Shown piece after piece: positions 1-11,771 of a stretch of DNA of 64,000 nt. The notes below the pieces were generated by a model, which saw only the letters and a program-made list of their open reading frames with translations, made no database searches and was not told the origin of the DNA. The stretch covers positions 64,001 through 128,000 of IMG/VR virus record IMGVR_UViG_3300031853_000001. One strand, 5' to 3'. The DNA comes from a virus. Its lineage: Duplodnaviria > Caudoviricetes. How positions within the stretch are numbered: the stretch's first letter is position 1; each line of letters begins with the position of its first letter. A program made the translations under genes and the position numbers.

Positions 1-1
1 A

Positions 2-1063
2 ATGGGAGAAGAAGAAAAAATAGCACTTGACGAATGTCAAATGTGGGGTGAGAAGCTGGATAAACCCTATATATTAAATTATCAAAAATTTGGAGCAATG
101 GTAAAACGCGGTGAAATTTCGGCCGCAATGTTTGATTATGTTGCGTGCGATGAAATTCATAATTTAATTAAATATGTCAGAATAGATGAAGCGAATATAT
201 GGAAAAGAAACCCAGAAAGTGACAGAGAAGTAATTTGTTTATTACTTTCGCACGAATCGCTTTCGTATGTAGCCATAGACACTTTGTTTCATTGGGCTGA
301 GCTACAAGGAGTTTGGTGGTTTGGTTTAACCGCGACCGCGGACAACCTAGAAAAATGGCCTCGTCTTAAAAACTATATAAATGAGATCCAAATTCAAGAG
401 CAATTAATGGCGTATGAAGTATTCCAAAAATATGAATACTCAGACGTTCATGTGCTACTGCGAGCGAACCCAGAAGTTAAACGTTTAATTTTTGTCCCTA
501 CAATAGAACAAGGAGAGCAATTTGCGCGCGAAATTCAAGAAAATACAGGACGTAATGTAATAAACCTATGGTCTCGCAACTCAACCAGAACTATGTCCGC
601 GGGCCAGTTAGACACGGTTGAATATTTAAAGAATAAACATTGCTATCCAGACCATATTGATGACATTATATTAACAGAAGCATACGCCACAGGCTGGAAC
701 CTTATTGATGATAACGTTCAAATTGTAATTGTTCATAGCGGAAATAAAGATATTCAAATTCAATTTCCTGGAAGAAAACGTGGAGATTGGCAAATACAAT
801 ATAATTATAATAGTCAGCTAGCATTAAATGATAAGCGACAAGAACGTTATACAAAAGCAAGAGAACGTATTAGCAATCAAAATTGGATTGTGCCAGATGA
901 ATATTTAAATAGGAAGTTAGGAAAACAAGAGAAAGAAGATTTATTAAAAGCAATGAATTATCCAAAGAAGTGGACTTCATTAAAAAAGGATTTAGCACAA
1001 AACTATAGAATAGAACAAACTGGAACTGGTATTTATTATGGGCATATTATTACCAAGTTATGA
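2..1063 (+). CDS. SF2 (DExH) helicase-like protein, 5'-truncated by window edge
   Basis: Motif II CDEIH, motif III GLTAT, second RecA-like domain (IFVPTIEQGEQFA ... TEAYATGW ... QFPGR). Confidence 0.65.
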   Translation: MGEEEKIALDECQMWGEKLDKPYILNYQKFGAMVKRGEISAAMFDYVACDEIHNLIKYVRIDEANIWKRNPESDREVICLLLSHESLSYVAIDTLFHWAELQGVWWFGLTATADNLEKWPRLKNYINEIQIQEQLMAYEVFQKYEYSDVHVLLRANPEVKRLIFVPTIEQGEQFAREIQENTGRNVINLWSRNSTRTMSAGQLDTVEYLKNKHCYPDHIDDIILTEAYATGWNLIDDNVQIVIVHSGNKDIQIQFPGRKRGDWQIQYNYNSQLALNDKRQERYTKARERISNQNWIVPDEYLNRKLGKQEKEDLLKAMNYPKKWTSLKKDLAQNYRIEQTGTGIYYGHIITKL

Positions 1064-1091
1064 GTGATAACATAGGAAAATAGAAAAAAAA

Positions 1092-1128
1092 TTTATCCGG
1101 GGGTGTCTATATTACACCCCCGGATAAA
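1092..1128. repeat. perfect 15-bp inverted repeat (terminator or cruciform)
   Basis: tttatccgggggtgt-ctatatt-acacccccggataaa directly after the helicase stop. Confidence 0.8.
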
Positions 1129-1569
1129 AATTTTGTCGGTAAAAATTACTACCAGTTAAAAACTTGACTTTTTCTAAATTCCAGAAATATAATTTTTAAT
1201 AGAAATAAATACTTGACTTTGCCTGGAATTTAGGCGCACTACTACCCACTATATACCAAATTTCTCTACCTACCAGAAAACCCTACCTCCCCTCCCAAAA
1301 ATTTACTCCCTTACCTTCTCCCTATACTCCAACTTCCTTTATTTAAAATTACTTATCTTCTCCTTTCTTTACACATCAGATGTACCTGTTATTAAATATT
1401 TAAAATGCTATATTTTTCCCTTTTCTCGCGGCCACAAGAAAACCTTGCGTCCCCCTCTACGTTTGTTAAAAGGTGCTTCGCACCTTTTAACAAACCGCTC
1501 CCCAGGGAGCGAGATTTTTGACTTTTGGTAAAATTTGATGTATAATATAAATAAAGGAAGTGAAAGTAG

Positions 1570-2284
1570 ATGAAAAAGGGTAAGGAATATATTGTTAATC
1601 AATATGATAATTATCAAATTGTTTGGTATAATTATTATTTTGAAAATAGAGAAGAATGCGAAAACTATCAATTAAAAGATAACGAGCGAGTGATTGATGT
1701 AAAATTTGCTGCGGAAGACTATCCAAATTTTAAATGGGTAATGTGCGTGCAAGAAATTCGCACAGTTCAAAAAAATGGGAGGTTTAGTATGAATAATGGT
1801 GAAGAATTAAATAACTTTTTTAATAAGAAAGATGAAAAATTTGATGCAGATTATTGTAATGAGAAGACTCACGAAATTATTGCTGCACACGAAAAAGAAA
1901 CTGTTAGAGAACTGATTTTGTTTGCGGCGAAAAGTGGTTGTTTTCGCACAATTTTACCTAGATGTCATTCTGATACTACGAAATGGTTAACTGAATTGGG
2001 TTTTAAAGTTTATTATCAAGGTCAAACAGAAGTAAGTTGGGAGGATTGAGAATATGTTTAATGCGGCGAAAGCCAATTCGCTTATGAATAAGGCAAAAAA
2101 TAATCAGTTGAACAGTTGGTTTAAATTACAGCAAGAAATTAGAGAACGCGCAATTCGCGGTTTTGACTTTCTTTATTTAACAAATCCAAATTATTTAAAT
2201 TTAACAACTTCGTTACAAGTTAATGGGTATGAAGTTGCTTATGATAAAATTGCGGGATTGTGGTATTGTAGTTGGGCTTATTAA
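1570..2284 (+). other. two small hypothetical CDSs (1570-2049, 2054-2284)
   Basis: ORFs with SD sites downstream of a TTGACT/TATAAT promoter; no recognisable motif. Confidence 0.6.
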
Positions 2285-2529
2285 GATTAAATAAGTGCAA
2301 TTTCATTTTCATCTCTACAATTTTATTTTGATTTTATTTTATAGGTATATGGCCTTTAAACCAACCCCTCTTATATTTGCAATTTCATTTTCATTTCAAT
2401 TTGAAATTTCATTTTAAATTTTCGCGCGAAAATATCCCTTAACATAACCCCAGTTTGCAATTTCATTTTCATTTTAAAACTATTTTCGCGCGAAAATTTT
2501 AATTTTATAAAATCCTATAAACCAACCCC

Positions 2530-2558
2530 TTGACTTTATATTAAAATTATATTATAAT
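2530..2558 (+). promoter_or_regulatory. sigmaA-type promoter (representative of about 20 similar copies)
   Basis: TTGACT-17 nt-TATAAT; similar TTGACTTT..AAAATT..TATAAT motifs near 1519, 6537, 9212, 14793, 16814, 40301, 45509, 47535, 51800, 52349, 55992, 57922. Confidence 0.85.
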
Positions 2559-2588
2559 AAATATAGAAAAGAAAAGGAGTTATTGGTT

Positions 2589-3725
2589 ATGTATTTAACT
2601 AAATTTATGAATGAAAATCTCGATTGGCAGACTAAGCTCGTAGCTGCTCCGTATTTTCTGGAAATTCATTCTGATATTATTGAAGGCGTTGAATATTATA
2701 TTTTGAAATATAATATGATTATGTCTGATATGAGCTTGCCTGAGGTTCAAGAAGCTCGTGGTTCCATCTTTCGCAAGAACGAAGATGGCTATTGGATATG
2801 CGTATGCCATCCGTTTGACAAGTTCTTCAACTATGGAGAATCCCAGTCTGCGGTTAATCGCATTGATTGGTCTACTGCTTCTGTTCAGCAGAAGGTGGAT
2901 GGAAGTCTTATCAAATTTTGGTATGGCAATGATGGTTGGGTGGTCTCTACAAATGGAACAATAGATGCTTACAAAGCAGAGTGCGGCGATACCACCTATG
3001 GCGCGTTGGTAGAGCAGGTTATTGACCGTATTCCTAATTTTTTCAAGATGTTAGACCGCGACTATACTTATATGTTTGAACTAACTTCTCCTTTTAATCG
3101 TATTGTTATACATTATGAAGGGGTTAATTTGTGGTATCTTGGTCGACGCAACATTTCAAATCATATTGAAGACAATGAACCCTTGATGATTAGCGGCATA
3201 CTTCATCCCGAAATATACCTCCATCACTCTCTTTCTGAATGTATTGCGGCCGCACACGAAATGGGCGATGATGAAGAGGGATATGTAGTGTGTGATGCGA
3301 ACTTCAACCGTATTAAAATTAAAGGTGATGAGTATTTACGCCTGCATAAAATGCGTGGCAATGGGCCGCTAAATATCACCCAAGTAATAGAAATGTATCA
3401 GAATGATTCTCTTGATGACTTTATCGCCTACTACCCCGAGTTTAAGTCTTTCGTAGATGAAGTTATTGGACAACTGCGACATTTAATTGATATTGCTGAT
3501 ATTGCTTTTTCTGCTATAATGTCACATTCTCCCGCTACTCGTGCGGATTTCGCACAGTATGCTTGCACTTATATCGGACCGTTAAAGTCTTTCTTGTTCG
3601 CACGACTGGATAACAAGGTTGCAAATGCTACCGAATTTTATAAGGAGATGCGCGCGAAGAGTCTTTCCGCGCACCTTCAAACCATTTTAACTCATAAAGA
3701 AATTGGGATTATGGAGGACGATTAA
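2589..3725 (+). CDS. T4 Rnl1-like RNA ligase
   Basis: KFFNYGE, motif I KVDGSL, FEL, EEGYVV, RIKIK. Confidence 0.9.
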   Translation: MYLTKFMNENLDWQTKLVAAPYFLEIHSDIIEGVEYYILKYNMIMSDMSLPEVQEARGSIFRKNEDGYWICVCHPFDKFFNYGESQSAVNRIDWSTASVQQKVDGSLIKFWYGNDGWVVSTNGTIDAYKAECGDTTYGALVEQVIDRIPNFFKMLDRDYTYMFELTSPFNRIVIHYEGVNLWYLGRRNISNHIEDNEPLMISGILHPEIYLHHSLSECIAAAHEMGDDEEGYVVCDANFNRIKIKGDEYLRLHKMRGNGPLNITQVIEMYQNDSLDDFIAYYPEFKSFVDEVIGQLRHLIDIADIAFSAIMSHSPATRADFAQYACTYIGPLKSFLFARLDNKVANATEFYKEMRAKSLSAHLQTILTHKEIGIMEDD

Positions 3726-3728
3726 AGT

Positions 3729-4389
3729 ATGTATGATTATCTTAAAGAATTAGAACAAGAACATAAAGCAGAACTTCTTCAACTAAAAATGCAATGGGAA
3801 GCTATGAAACTTCAAGTTGAGTCAGAGAAGGATAAAAATCCTAAGATGGGCGAAAAACTTGATGCTTACTTAAATATGCTGAAGAATAGTATTAAAGAAT
3901 TGCTATCGAGTAGCGAAGATTGGGATGAAGATTCATTAGCTGACTATAATTATATTTTTGGTGAAGAGAATGAAGATTAAAGAAAAGTTAATTCACTTTC
4001 TTGGCGGCTTAACCCAAGATGAGCACAATGAAGATGTTAATTCTTTAACTAAGGCACATGAAGTTATTTTAGCTAAACTAAATGAAAAAGAAGAACGGCT
4101 TCAAAGAAACTTAAATGCTCTTGAATGGGCAATAGAAGATAGTCGTATGACTGGCAGGATAAATGTGGTTAGAACTGAAAAGCCTATCCATACTATTAAA
4201 ACAGAAAATATTATTCTTGAAGAAGCCTATGAATTTCATCCAGAAGATGAAATTATTGAGCGCGCGAAACAGTATATAGGCGAACAATTATTTCATACGT
4301 TAATGGAAAGTAAGTTAATTGATTTTAAAATGTCTGATGATTTCGGAAAAAAGAAATTAACTGGAACAATTTATGTGAGGGAACCATAA
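3729..4389 (+). other. two hypothetical coiled-coil CDSs (3729-3980, 3958-4389)
   Basis: translationally coupled ORFs, no motif. Confidence 0.55.
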
Positions 4390-4568
4390 GGAGAAAATTA
4401 TGAAACTTTGGAATAAAATTAATTGTCATTTTGGTAATCATAAATATCATTGGAATGATACTTATGTGACTTTAATTAATGAAGATGTTTGTAGAATTGA
4501 ACAAAATTGTTGTTATTGCGGCTATTGTAATTGTTTTCTAACTCATTATTTTAAGGAAGGAAATGTAG

Positions 4569-5081
4569 ATGAATAAAAATACAAAGAAATTAACTTTTAC
4601 GGCACTTGGTATTGCATTATACGTTCTATTAAGTATGACAATGAAAATCCCGCTAATTGGGCATATTGGTCTTGACCTTGGTTATATTGTTTTCGCAGTT
4701 TATTGCTATCATTTTGGCATTCTCCCCGGAGTAATGGTTGGTGGAATAGGCTGTATTTTAGTATCTTTACTAACTTCTGGTTGGTTTCCTCCTGGATGGC
4801 TACTTGGTAATATTCTAATTGGAATATTTTGCGGCTGGCTTTATAAGCACGAAAACACTAATTATGCTATTATTAGTAATATTGTCGTTACTATTGCGGC
4901 AGTTGCTCTTGGTATTTTAGGCGTTAAGACAATTGTTGAGTGTAGCTTATATAGTATTCCTCTCGCGGTTAAAGTCCCAAAGAGCATAGTTGCTTTTGTT
5001 ACTGACGCCATTGTTATGTGTGCAGGAACCCTACTCGCGCGAAACAAGACTATTACTCATTATCTGGAGGACTTCACTTAA
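4569..5081 (+). CDS. ECF transporter S-component (substrate unknown)
   Basis: 170 aa, 5-6 TM helices, N-terminal TKKLTFTALGIALYVLL...KIP...LDLG pattern typical of S-components. Confidence 0.75.
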   Translation: MNKNTKKLTFTALGIALYVLLSMTMKIPLIGHIGLDLGYIVFAVYCYHFGILPGVMVGGIGCILVSLLTSGWFPPGWLLGNILIGIFCGWLYKHENTNYAIISNIVVTIAAVALGILGVKTIVECSLYSIPLAVKVPKSIVAFVTDAIVMCAGTLLARNKTITHYLEDFT

Positions 5082-5430
5082 TGAATACAGTTGAAGACAT
5101 TATTAACCTAATTTCTCGCCGCGACAATATTTCATATCTTGAAGCAATGAATATTGTGAATGAGTGCATGGAAGAAATGGAAGACGCAGTTATACGTGGG
5201 AATTGGCAAGAAGCAGAAGATATTTTAGCATCTTATTTAGGTCTTGAACCTGATTATCTTGATATTTTAATGACGGAGATGTTTTAATATGGAGATTTTA
5301 AACATTCTAATTCTATTTCTAATTGTATTTTATCTTTCTAAACTCCTAGATTTTGGTATTAAACTGTGGCAGGCTCTACCTATAAAAGAAGAGCCAAGCA
5401 CCCCAATTTACATTACAAAGGAGCTTTAAT

Positions 5431-5679
5431 ATGAGGTTTATTAAAAAGCCAATTGCTATTGAAGCTGTCCAATGGACGGGCAATAATGTAGATGAAATTA
5501 TGAATTTTATGGAAGATAACCCTCCCATATTTGACTATTGGAATAGAATAACTATTCAAACTTTGGAAGGAGAAATGAAAGCTCCTGTTGGAAGTTGGAT
5601 TATTCGCGGCCCGAAGGGTGAATATTATCCTTGCCGACAGGATGTATTTGAGGAAACATATGAACAAATTTCTGAATGA
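5431..5679 (+). CDS. conserved phage protein (KKP-IEAVQW / I-TLEG / G-WII-G-KGE-YPC family)
   Basis: widespread phage motif pattern. Confidence 0.7.
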   Translation: MRFIKKPIAIEAVQWTGNNVDEIMNFMEDNPPIFDYWNRITIQTLEGEMKAPVGSWIIRGPKGEYYPCRQDVFEETYEQISE

Positions 5680-7094
5680 TTTTTCGCGTGAAGAACTTGA
5701 AAATATAATTAAAAATCAAGATTATACTATTAAAGATTTGCAAGAGCGTTTATATAGATTAACTGGTTGTCTTGATTTTGGAGGTTGTGACGGAACAGTG
5801 GGTTCTTGTCATTATTGTTTAGCAGAAGACCCTGAAATGTTTGAAAAATGTTGGCAATTTAAATATAAGAGGATTGATAAAAATGATTGCTCTAAATAGA
5901 AAAATGCCGCAAACTTGTTTTGAGTGCCCTTGTATGCAAACTTTATGTATAGATAAAGAAAATATTCAAAATGTTCAATATCTAATTCGTTATTGTGCGG
6001 CCGCGAAGCAAGAAATGGTTGTTATTGAATGGGATACTTCTGAAAGTATTCCCGATGTTTGGATGAATTGGTCTAAACCAAAGTGGTGCCCTTGGAAAGA
6101 AATTTCTGAAAATAAGAATGAAGAATATGCTTGGCAAATGTCTATGGCTGGTTTAGGAGGTTCTTATGCATAATATAAAATGTCCCAAATGCGGCGAAAG
6201 CTATTATATAGAGCGCTATTCTACTATAACCGCGATGTATTTTCCTCCTGTTTATAAAAATGGAATAAATATTAACCCAGATAGAAATATAACTACAACT
6301 GTATGTGAATGTTTAAATTGTAATAATATTTTTAGTTATCGAGCTAAAGGCGGTGAAATTTTAGATGAATAGTTTTTTAGCTGAATTAGGAAGAGCTTTT
6401 GGAGTTGCTTTACTAATAATTATTTCAATTCCAATAATTTTAATTTGTATTATACTTTTTCCATTTGTTGCTTTAATTGGAATGTTATTTGATATATTAA
6501 ATGATAATTACTAATGCGGCATTGCCGCATTTTTATTTGACTTTTATTTTAATTTCTGTTATAATATTTATGAAAGGAGAATAGATATGATAGCAAAACT
6601 AATTTATAAAGATGATTGCTATTATTGTAGTGAATGTAGAATGAAGCAATCTAAAATTTTAGAACCATATTGTTTCTTTTGCGGTTCAACTTTTTCTAAT
6701 TATGAAGAAGAACTTATTAAAGTTTTTAGCAAAGAAGAAGAGGAGCAATTAAATGGATAAAATGAGTTGTGGCATTATTTATGCCGTGAAATTAAATTCA
6801 GAAGGAAACAGATATAAAAGTATTGCTACTTTTATGTCTAAATATACTGGCACACCTGTTGAATATTATACTAATTCAATATTAGAAACAATACTTTCTA
6901 ACGCAGTTGCTGACTTATTAGAAAATCTAAAACATCCTTCTTCTTTCTGGTATAATTATTGGCGTTGGAAGCAATATCCTTGGAACATGAATGATTTTAA
7001 TGCTATTTGCGCATCTTTAACAGAAATCGCGGTTAAAGATAAAAATGATAATTATATAAATGGCTTTATGCCGCTGGAGGATTGTTATGATTAA
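5588..7094 (+). other. run of small hypothetical CDSs, several Zn-ribbon (CxxC)
   Basis: ORFs 5588-5899, 5841-6173, 6166-6372, 6753-7094 with CxxC pairs and SD sites. Confidence 0.55.
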
Positions 7095-7905
7095 CGTGCA
7101 TGGAGAGCCTGTAGAGTTTAAACATTTTAATGATGGCACATTACGTTTAAACGCTACACCAATTTATTCTTTTGATGGGGTAATTGATATTACTTGGCTT
7201 TATGATAATGATGAAGAAATGACACAACTTTATTTTCTTGTAAATCATTTTCGGCAAAGTTATCAAAGTCCTAGAATAATTTTAAATTTAGCTTATATTC
7301 CAAATGCTAGAATGGATAGAGTTAAAAGTGAAAAAGAATGCTTTACTTTGAAATATTTCTGTCAATTTATAAATGATTTAAATTTTGAAAAAGTTATTGT
7401 ATTTGACCCACATTCTAATGTCGCTACCGCACTTTTAGATAGAGTAGAAATTCATGGGCCTTATTGGTGTATTCATTCTCTTTTAAATACCTATCCTTCT
7501 GCTACTCTTGCTTTTGTGGATGAAGGCGGTTATAAACGCTATAAAGATATGATTGATGACCATTATTTTATTTTTGGTGTTAAAGACCGTGATTGGTCTA
7601 GCCAAAATATTAAGTCAATGCAAATTTTAGGCGCCAAACACATGATTGCAGGCCATGATATTTTAATAGTAGATGATATTGTTTCGCGCGGCAGTTCATT
7701 ATATTTACTTGCTAAGCAGCTAAAAGAGATGGGCGCGGAAAATATTTATGCGTGGATTTCTCATTGTGAAGATACAGTATTACAGCCGCATATTAACGGA
7801 CAATCACTATTAGATGTCCCAAATTTAATTACAAAGATATATACTACAAACAGTATTTATCGCGCAAATAACCCTAAAATTGAAGTTGTTAAAGAATTTA
7901 GATAG
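7087..7905 (+). CDS. ribose-phosphate pyrophosphokinase-like protein (Prs/Adps-like)
   Basis: FNDG, YIPNARMDR, FDPHS, PRPP-binding ILIVDDIVSRGSS; SD ggagg at 7076. Confidence 0.85.
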   Translation: MINVHGEPVEFKHFNDGTLRLNATPIYSFDGVIDITWLYDNDEEMTQLYFLVNHFRQSYQSPRIILNLAYIPNARMDRVKSEKECFTLKYFCQFINDLNFEKVIVFDPHSNVATALLDRVEIHGPYWCIHSLLNTYPSATLAFVDEGGYKRYKDMIDDHYFIFGVKDRDWSSQNIKSMQILGAKHMIAGHDILIVDDIVSRGSSLYLLAKQLKEMGAENIYAWISHCEDTVLQPHINGQSLLDVPNLITKIYTTNSIYRANNPKIEVVKEFR

Positions 7906-7914
7906 GAGAAAATT

Positions 7915-9625
7915 ATGTCATTATTTAAGAAAAAATCCACACCAGCGCTACATCTTTTACTTAGTGAAGAACTTTCTCGCGCGAAAACAAAAGAGCAGCA
8001 TCATTTTTATTATGCTCTTTATGATAATGAGCGCGATTTAGCGCAGAAATGGTGTAATAAAAATAAAGTATATATGGAAGTAGACCATCAAACGAATGGT
8101 AATATTTTCTATAAGTTTATATTCTAATGGCTCAAACAGTTTTTGTTGTAGATTTATATGACAAATTTTCTCTTGACCACATTATTTCTAAACATAGAAT
8201 AAATGGCCGATGGTGGGCTATAAAAGAAGTACATTTAGAATGGGGAATCCCTCAATTATCTAAAATTGAGGATGGAAGTCCTATGCCATTTCGTTTATAT
8301 GAAACTATTGAAGAGGCCGAAGATTATATTAAGAAAATAAAAAGATTTGAAGGAGTTAGTTTTTAATGGATTTAAATGTATTCAAATGGTCTTTTAGACC
8401 CCGCTATTATTTAACTCATCCTTGGAAATGGATAAAAGAATTATTCAATAATATTCGCGCGGCATGGATGCGCGCGACTAAGGGCTATTGTTACTCTGAT
8501 TGTTGGAATTTTAATAGTTACTTTTGCGCGGTTGTTCCTCTTATTTTACGTCATATGGCAGATTATGGGATGGGTTATCCTGGTGGGGAACCATTTGATA
8601 CAAAAGAAAAATGGGAAACTTGGCTCCATGAAATGGCCAATAAAATTGAGCGTTTAGACTATGACGATTGGATGGAAGATTTAAACGAATATAGTAAAGA
8701 TTATGAAAAAACCTTTGAAGATGATTTTTATAAAGAAAAGCATCCAAATGGGCCATTTATAACAACTACTTATGATTCTTCTTTAAGCAAAGAAGAAATT
8801 CGTAAGAAATATTACGAACGTTGTGTAGAAATACATAAAATACGGCCACAAGTATTAGAAGATTTTGGAAAGTCCTTCTTTAAATTTTTTGATTGTCTCT
8901 GGGACTGATTTTATAAAAGAGGGAAAAATAATGTATTTTGGGACTAATATAAAGGAGGTATAATTATGGCACAAGCTTATTCAAGACACGTTTGGAGTTC
9001 TAATGAACTAATTACTGAAGCTAAATTAAATCATATTGAGGAAGGTATAGCTAATGCTGACTCTAAAGCCACGGAACAAATTGCTAGTATTATCGAGAAT
9101 AAAGACTTTATAAATGAAAAAGTTGGAGAAATGATTACTAACTTGGGTTTTTCAGTTAATGCGGAAAATCAAACTTTAAATATAGGAATAACGGGAACTT
9201 AATTTAATAGTTGACTTTTTTCTAAAATTTTGTTATAATAAATATAGAAAAGAGAGAGAGAAGATTTTAATATGTTTAAGTATTGTTATGTTTGCGGGAA
9301 AATTATTCCAAATAATGCTCCCTATTATAAGATTGGTGAGAATAGTTATACTTGTCTAAATAATGAATGTTTTAACTTTTATTACTGGGATAATTTAGCG
9401 ACTAAAATGGTTGATAATAAAAATCATGAGTATGCTATTATCAATCAAAAAGTTTATCAAATTGGTAGTGAGAATGATGAACCACGAGGTTTTGGTGGAC
9501 AATCTTGGACTATTCAATTTAATGATGGAGTTATAATAAATACTAATTCTCTTTGGTATCGAGGAGAATTGCCCGGACGATTGCGACATGATTTTAAGGA
9601 TAACGCAAAATTTATAATGCATTAG
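7915..9625 (+). other. cluster of small hypothetical CDSs (7915-8127, 8127-8366, 8366-8908, 8966-9202, 9272-9625)
   Basis: coupled ORFs; 8966-9202 has the W...ITEAKLNHIEEGI motif seen at N-termini of phage structural proteins. Confidence 0.55.
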
Positions 9626-9732
9626 AAAGGATAAAATTAACTTTGTAATTTTACTACAAAGTTAATTTTTTAAGAAGAAAATATACTTATTTTATTATTT
9701 TACCACTACTATTCTAATGGAGGGAATAGAGA

Positions 9733-9930
9733 ATGAGTATAAAAGAAAAATTGCAATACTTTTCTGACCACGGTATGTCAGTTACATACATAGCGAAAAA
9801 AATGAATATTTCGCCGCCGACGCTTACAAAATGGTTAAATGGTCAAAAGGGTATTACACACAAAAATGAAGAATTACTTTATTCCACTCTAAAAGAAATA
9901 GCGAAAGATTTTTCGTTAATATTGGAGTGA
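9733..9930 (+). CDS. small XRE-type HTH protein
   Basis: GMSVTYIAKKMNISPPTLTKWLNG. Confidence 0.75.
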   Translation: MSIKEKLQYFSDHGMSVTYIAKKMNISPPTLTKWLNGQKGITHKNEELLYSTLKEIAKDFSLILE

Positions 9931-10832
9931 GAACAATGGGAAATCTTATTGATTTAACAGGAAAAAAATTTGGCCGTTTGACAGTTTTAGAACGAGATTT
10001 TTCTAAAGAAAGAGTATATTGGATTTGTAAATGTCAATGTGGAAATTTAAAATCTATTCGTTCAGATAGTTTAAAAAATGGGGCAATTCAATCTTGCGGA
10101 TGTTTATGGAAAGAACGAATAAGAGAAAATAATAACATAGATTTAATAAATCAACAATTTGGGAAATTACTTGTAAAAGAAAAAATTATTATTAATAATA
10201 AAACTAAATGGAGATGTTTGTGTAATTGTGGAAAAGAAGTTTTTGTTTCTACTGGTAATTTAACAAGTGGGCATACTAAAAGTTGTGGATGCTTACAAAA
10301 AGAAATTGTTCATAATAATAATTTTATTGATTTAACTGGTCAAACTTTTGGAAAATTAAAAGTATTAGAATTAACAGGAAAGAAAAATAATCGTACTATG
10401 TGGCGTTGTCAATGTGAATGTGGAAATATTATTGAAACTCGTGGCACCGATTTACGTTATAGAAAAAATAGAAGTTGTGGTTGTGTTGAATCTAAGGGAG
10501 AACAAATTATTACTAATTTATTAATACAAAATAATGTTTCTTTTGTCACCCAAAAAAGATTTGCTACGTGTAGAAATCCAGAAACCAACGCTCAATTAAT
10601 TTTTGATTTTTATATTAATGATTCTTTCTTGTTAGAGTATGATGGTGTTCAGCATTATCAAACATCAAGCGGATGGAATAATGAACAACATTTAAATTAT
10701 ACTAAGTTGCATGATAATATAAAAAATCAATGGTGTTGTGAAAATAATATACCATTAAAAAGAATTCCTTATTGGGAATTAGATAGTATAACAATAGAAA
10801 ATATAATGGATAATACATTTTTAATCACTTGA
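9927..10832 (+). CDS. free-standing homing-endonuclease-like protein (3x DLTGxxFGxL/CxCxCG repeats + Vsr/DUF559-like nuclease)
   Basis: repeated Cys modules, SKGE, FDFYI..LLEYDGVQH, LKRIPYW; paralogue of 31983-32696 and 48146-49105. Confidence 0.8.
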   Translation: MRTMGNLIDLTGKKFGRLTVLERDFSKERVYWICKCQCGNLKSIRSDSLKNGAIQSCGCLWKERIRENNNIDLINQQFGKLLVKEKIIINNKTKWRCLCNCGKEVFVSTGNLTSGHTKSCGCLQKEIVHNNNFIDLTGQTFGKLKVLELTGKKNNRTMWRCQCECGNIIETRGTDLRYRKNRSCGCVESKGEQIITNLLIQNNVSFVTQKRFATCRNPETNAQLIFDFYINDSFLLEYDGVQHYQTSSGWNNEQHLNYTKLHDNIKNQWCCENNIPLKRIPYWELDSITIENIMDNTFLIT

Positions 10833-10888
10833 TTTTTTTTAAAAATTATAGTATAATAAATGTATAAAAAGGAGAAAGGAAAATAAAT

Positions 10889-11770
10889 ATGAGTGATATT
10901 AAGCTTCATTTTTTTGTGGGCATTAGTGCGAGTGGGAAAACGACTAAGGCCTATGAAATGTTTGGTAAAAATTCTGTTATTATAGATTCAGATAATGTTC
11001 GTGCACGAATTTGTCCTGGTGGCGCTACTGACCAGTCTATGAACGCCCGTGTTTTTGAACATATGTATCGTGAAACCTGTGAGTGTCTTTCTCGCGGAGT
11101 TTCTGTTTGCTATGTTGCTACTAATCTATCTGCGAAGCGTCGTATTTCCTTTCTAAAAAATATCCGTAAGCGTTTTCCTGGCCTGGAATGTATCTGCTAC
11201 ATTATTAACACTCCTATTGAAACTTGTTATGCGCGAAACGATAGCCGTTCTCGCACCGTTCCTGATTATGTAATCGGACGCCAGCTTCAGTCTTTTCAAA
11301 TTCCGTGCGAAGCAGAAGGATGGTCGCGGATTGAGGTTGTTGATAACTTTGATAAAAAAGAAGAATATCGTGAAGATACTGTAATGAAGGTTATGAAGTT
11401 TGGCTCCCAACAGAATAAACATCATTCTTTAAGTTTATTTGACCATTGCACTAAGTGCGGCCGCCTTGCTGAAGATATGGGATATGGGGATACTTTGCAG
11501 CAGGCCGCGTATATTCACGATTATGGTAAAATCCATACTGCTGTGCGCTGGCCCGATAAGGATGATGACCTTCATTATCCTAATCATGCACAGGTTGGAG
11601 GTTATCTCGCTTTGAATATGGGTTATTCCCTATATGTCGCACAATTAGTTGGAGCACATATGTATCCCTATGCTTCCGCGCGCGAACAGGAAGTTTGGCG
11701 TGTTCGTTTTGGTGAAAAACTTTGGAATGATGTTCTAAAATTACATAAACTAGATTTGGAGGCCCACTAA
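10889..11770 (+). CDS. polynucleotide kinase (P-loop) fused to HD phosphoesterase (Pnkp-like)
   Basis: GISASGKT, DSDNVR, ATNL...RR, RNDSR; C-terminal H...HDYGK...H...H...D. Confidence 0.85.
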   Translation: MSDIKLHFFVGISASGKTTKAYEMFGKNSVIIDSDNVRARICPGGATDQSMNARVFEHMYRETCECLSRGVSVCYVATNLSAKRRISFLKNIRKRFPGLECICYIINTPIETCYARNDSRSRTVPDYVIGRQLQSFQIPCEAEGWSRIEVVDNFDKKEEYREDTVMKVMKFGSQQNKHHSLSLFDHCTKCGRLAEDMGYGDTLQQAAYIHDYGKIHTAVRWPDKDDDLHYPNHAQVGGYLALNMGYSLYVAQLVGAHMYPYASAREQEVWRVRFGEKLWNDVLKLHKLDLEAH

Positions 11771-11771
11771 T

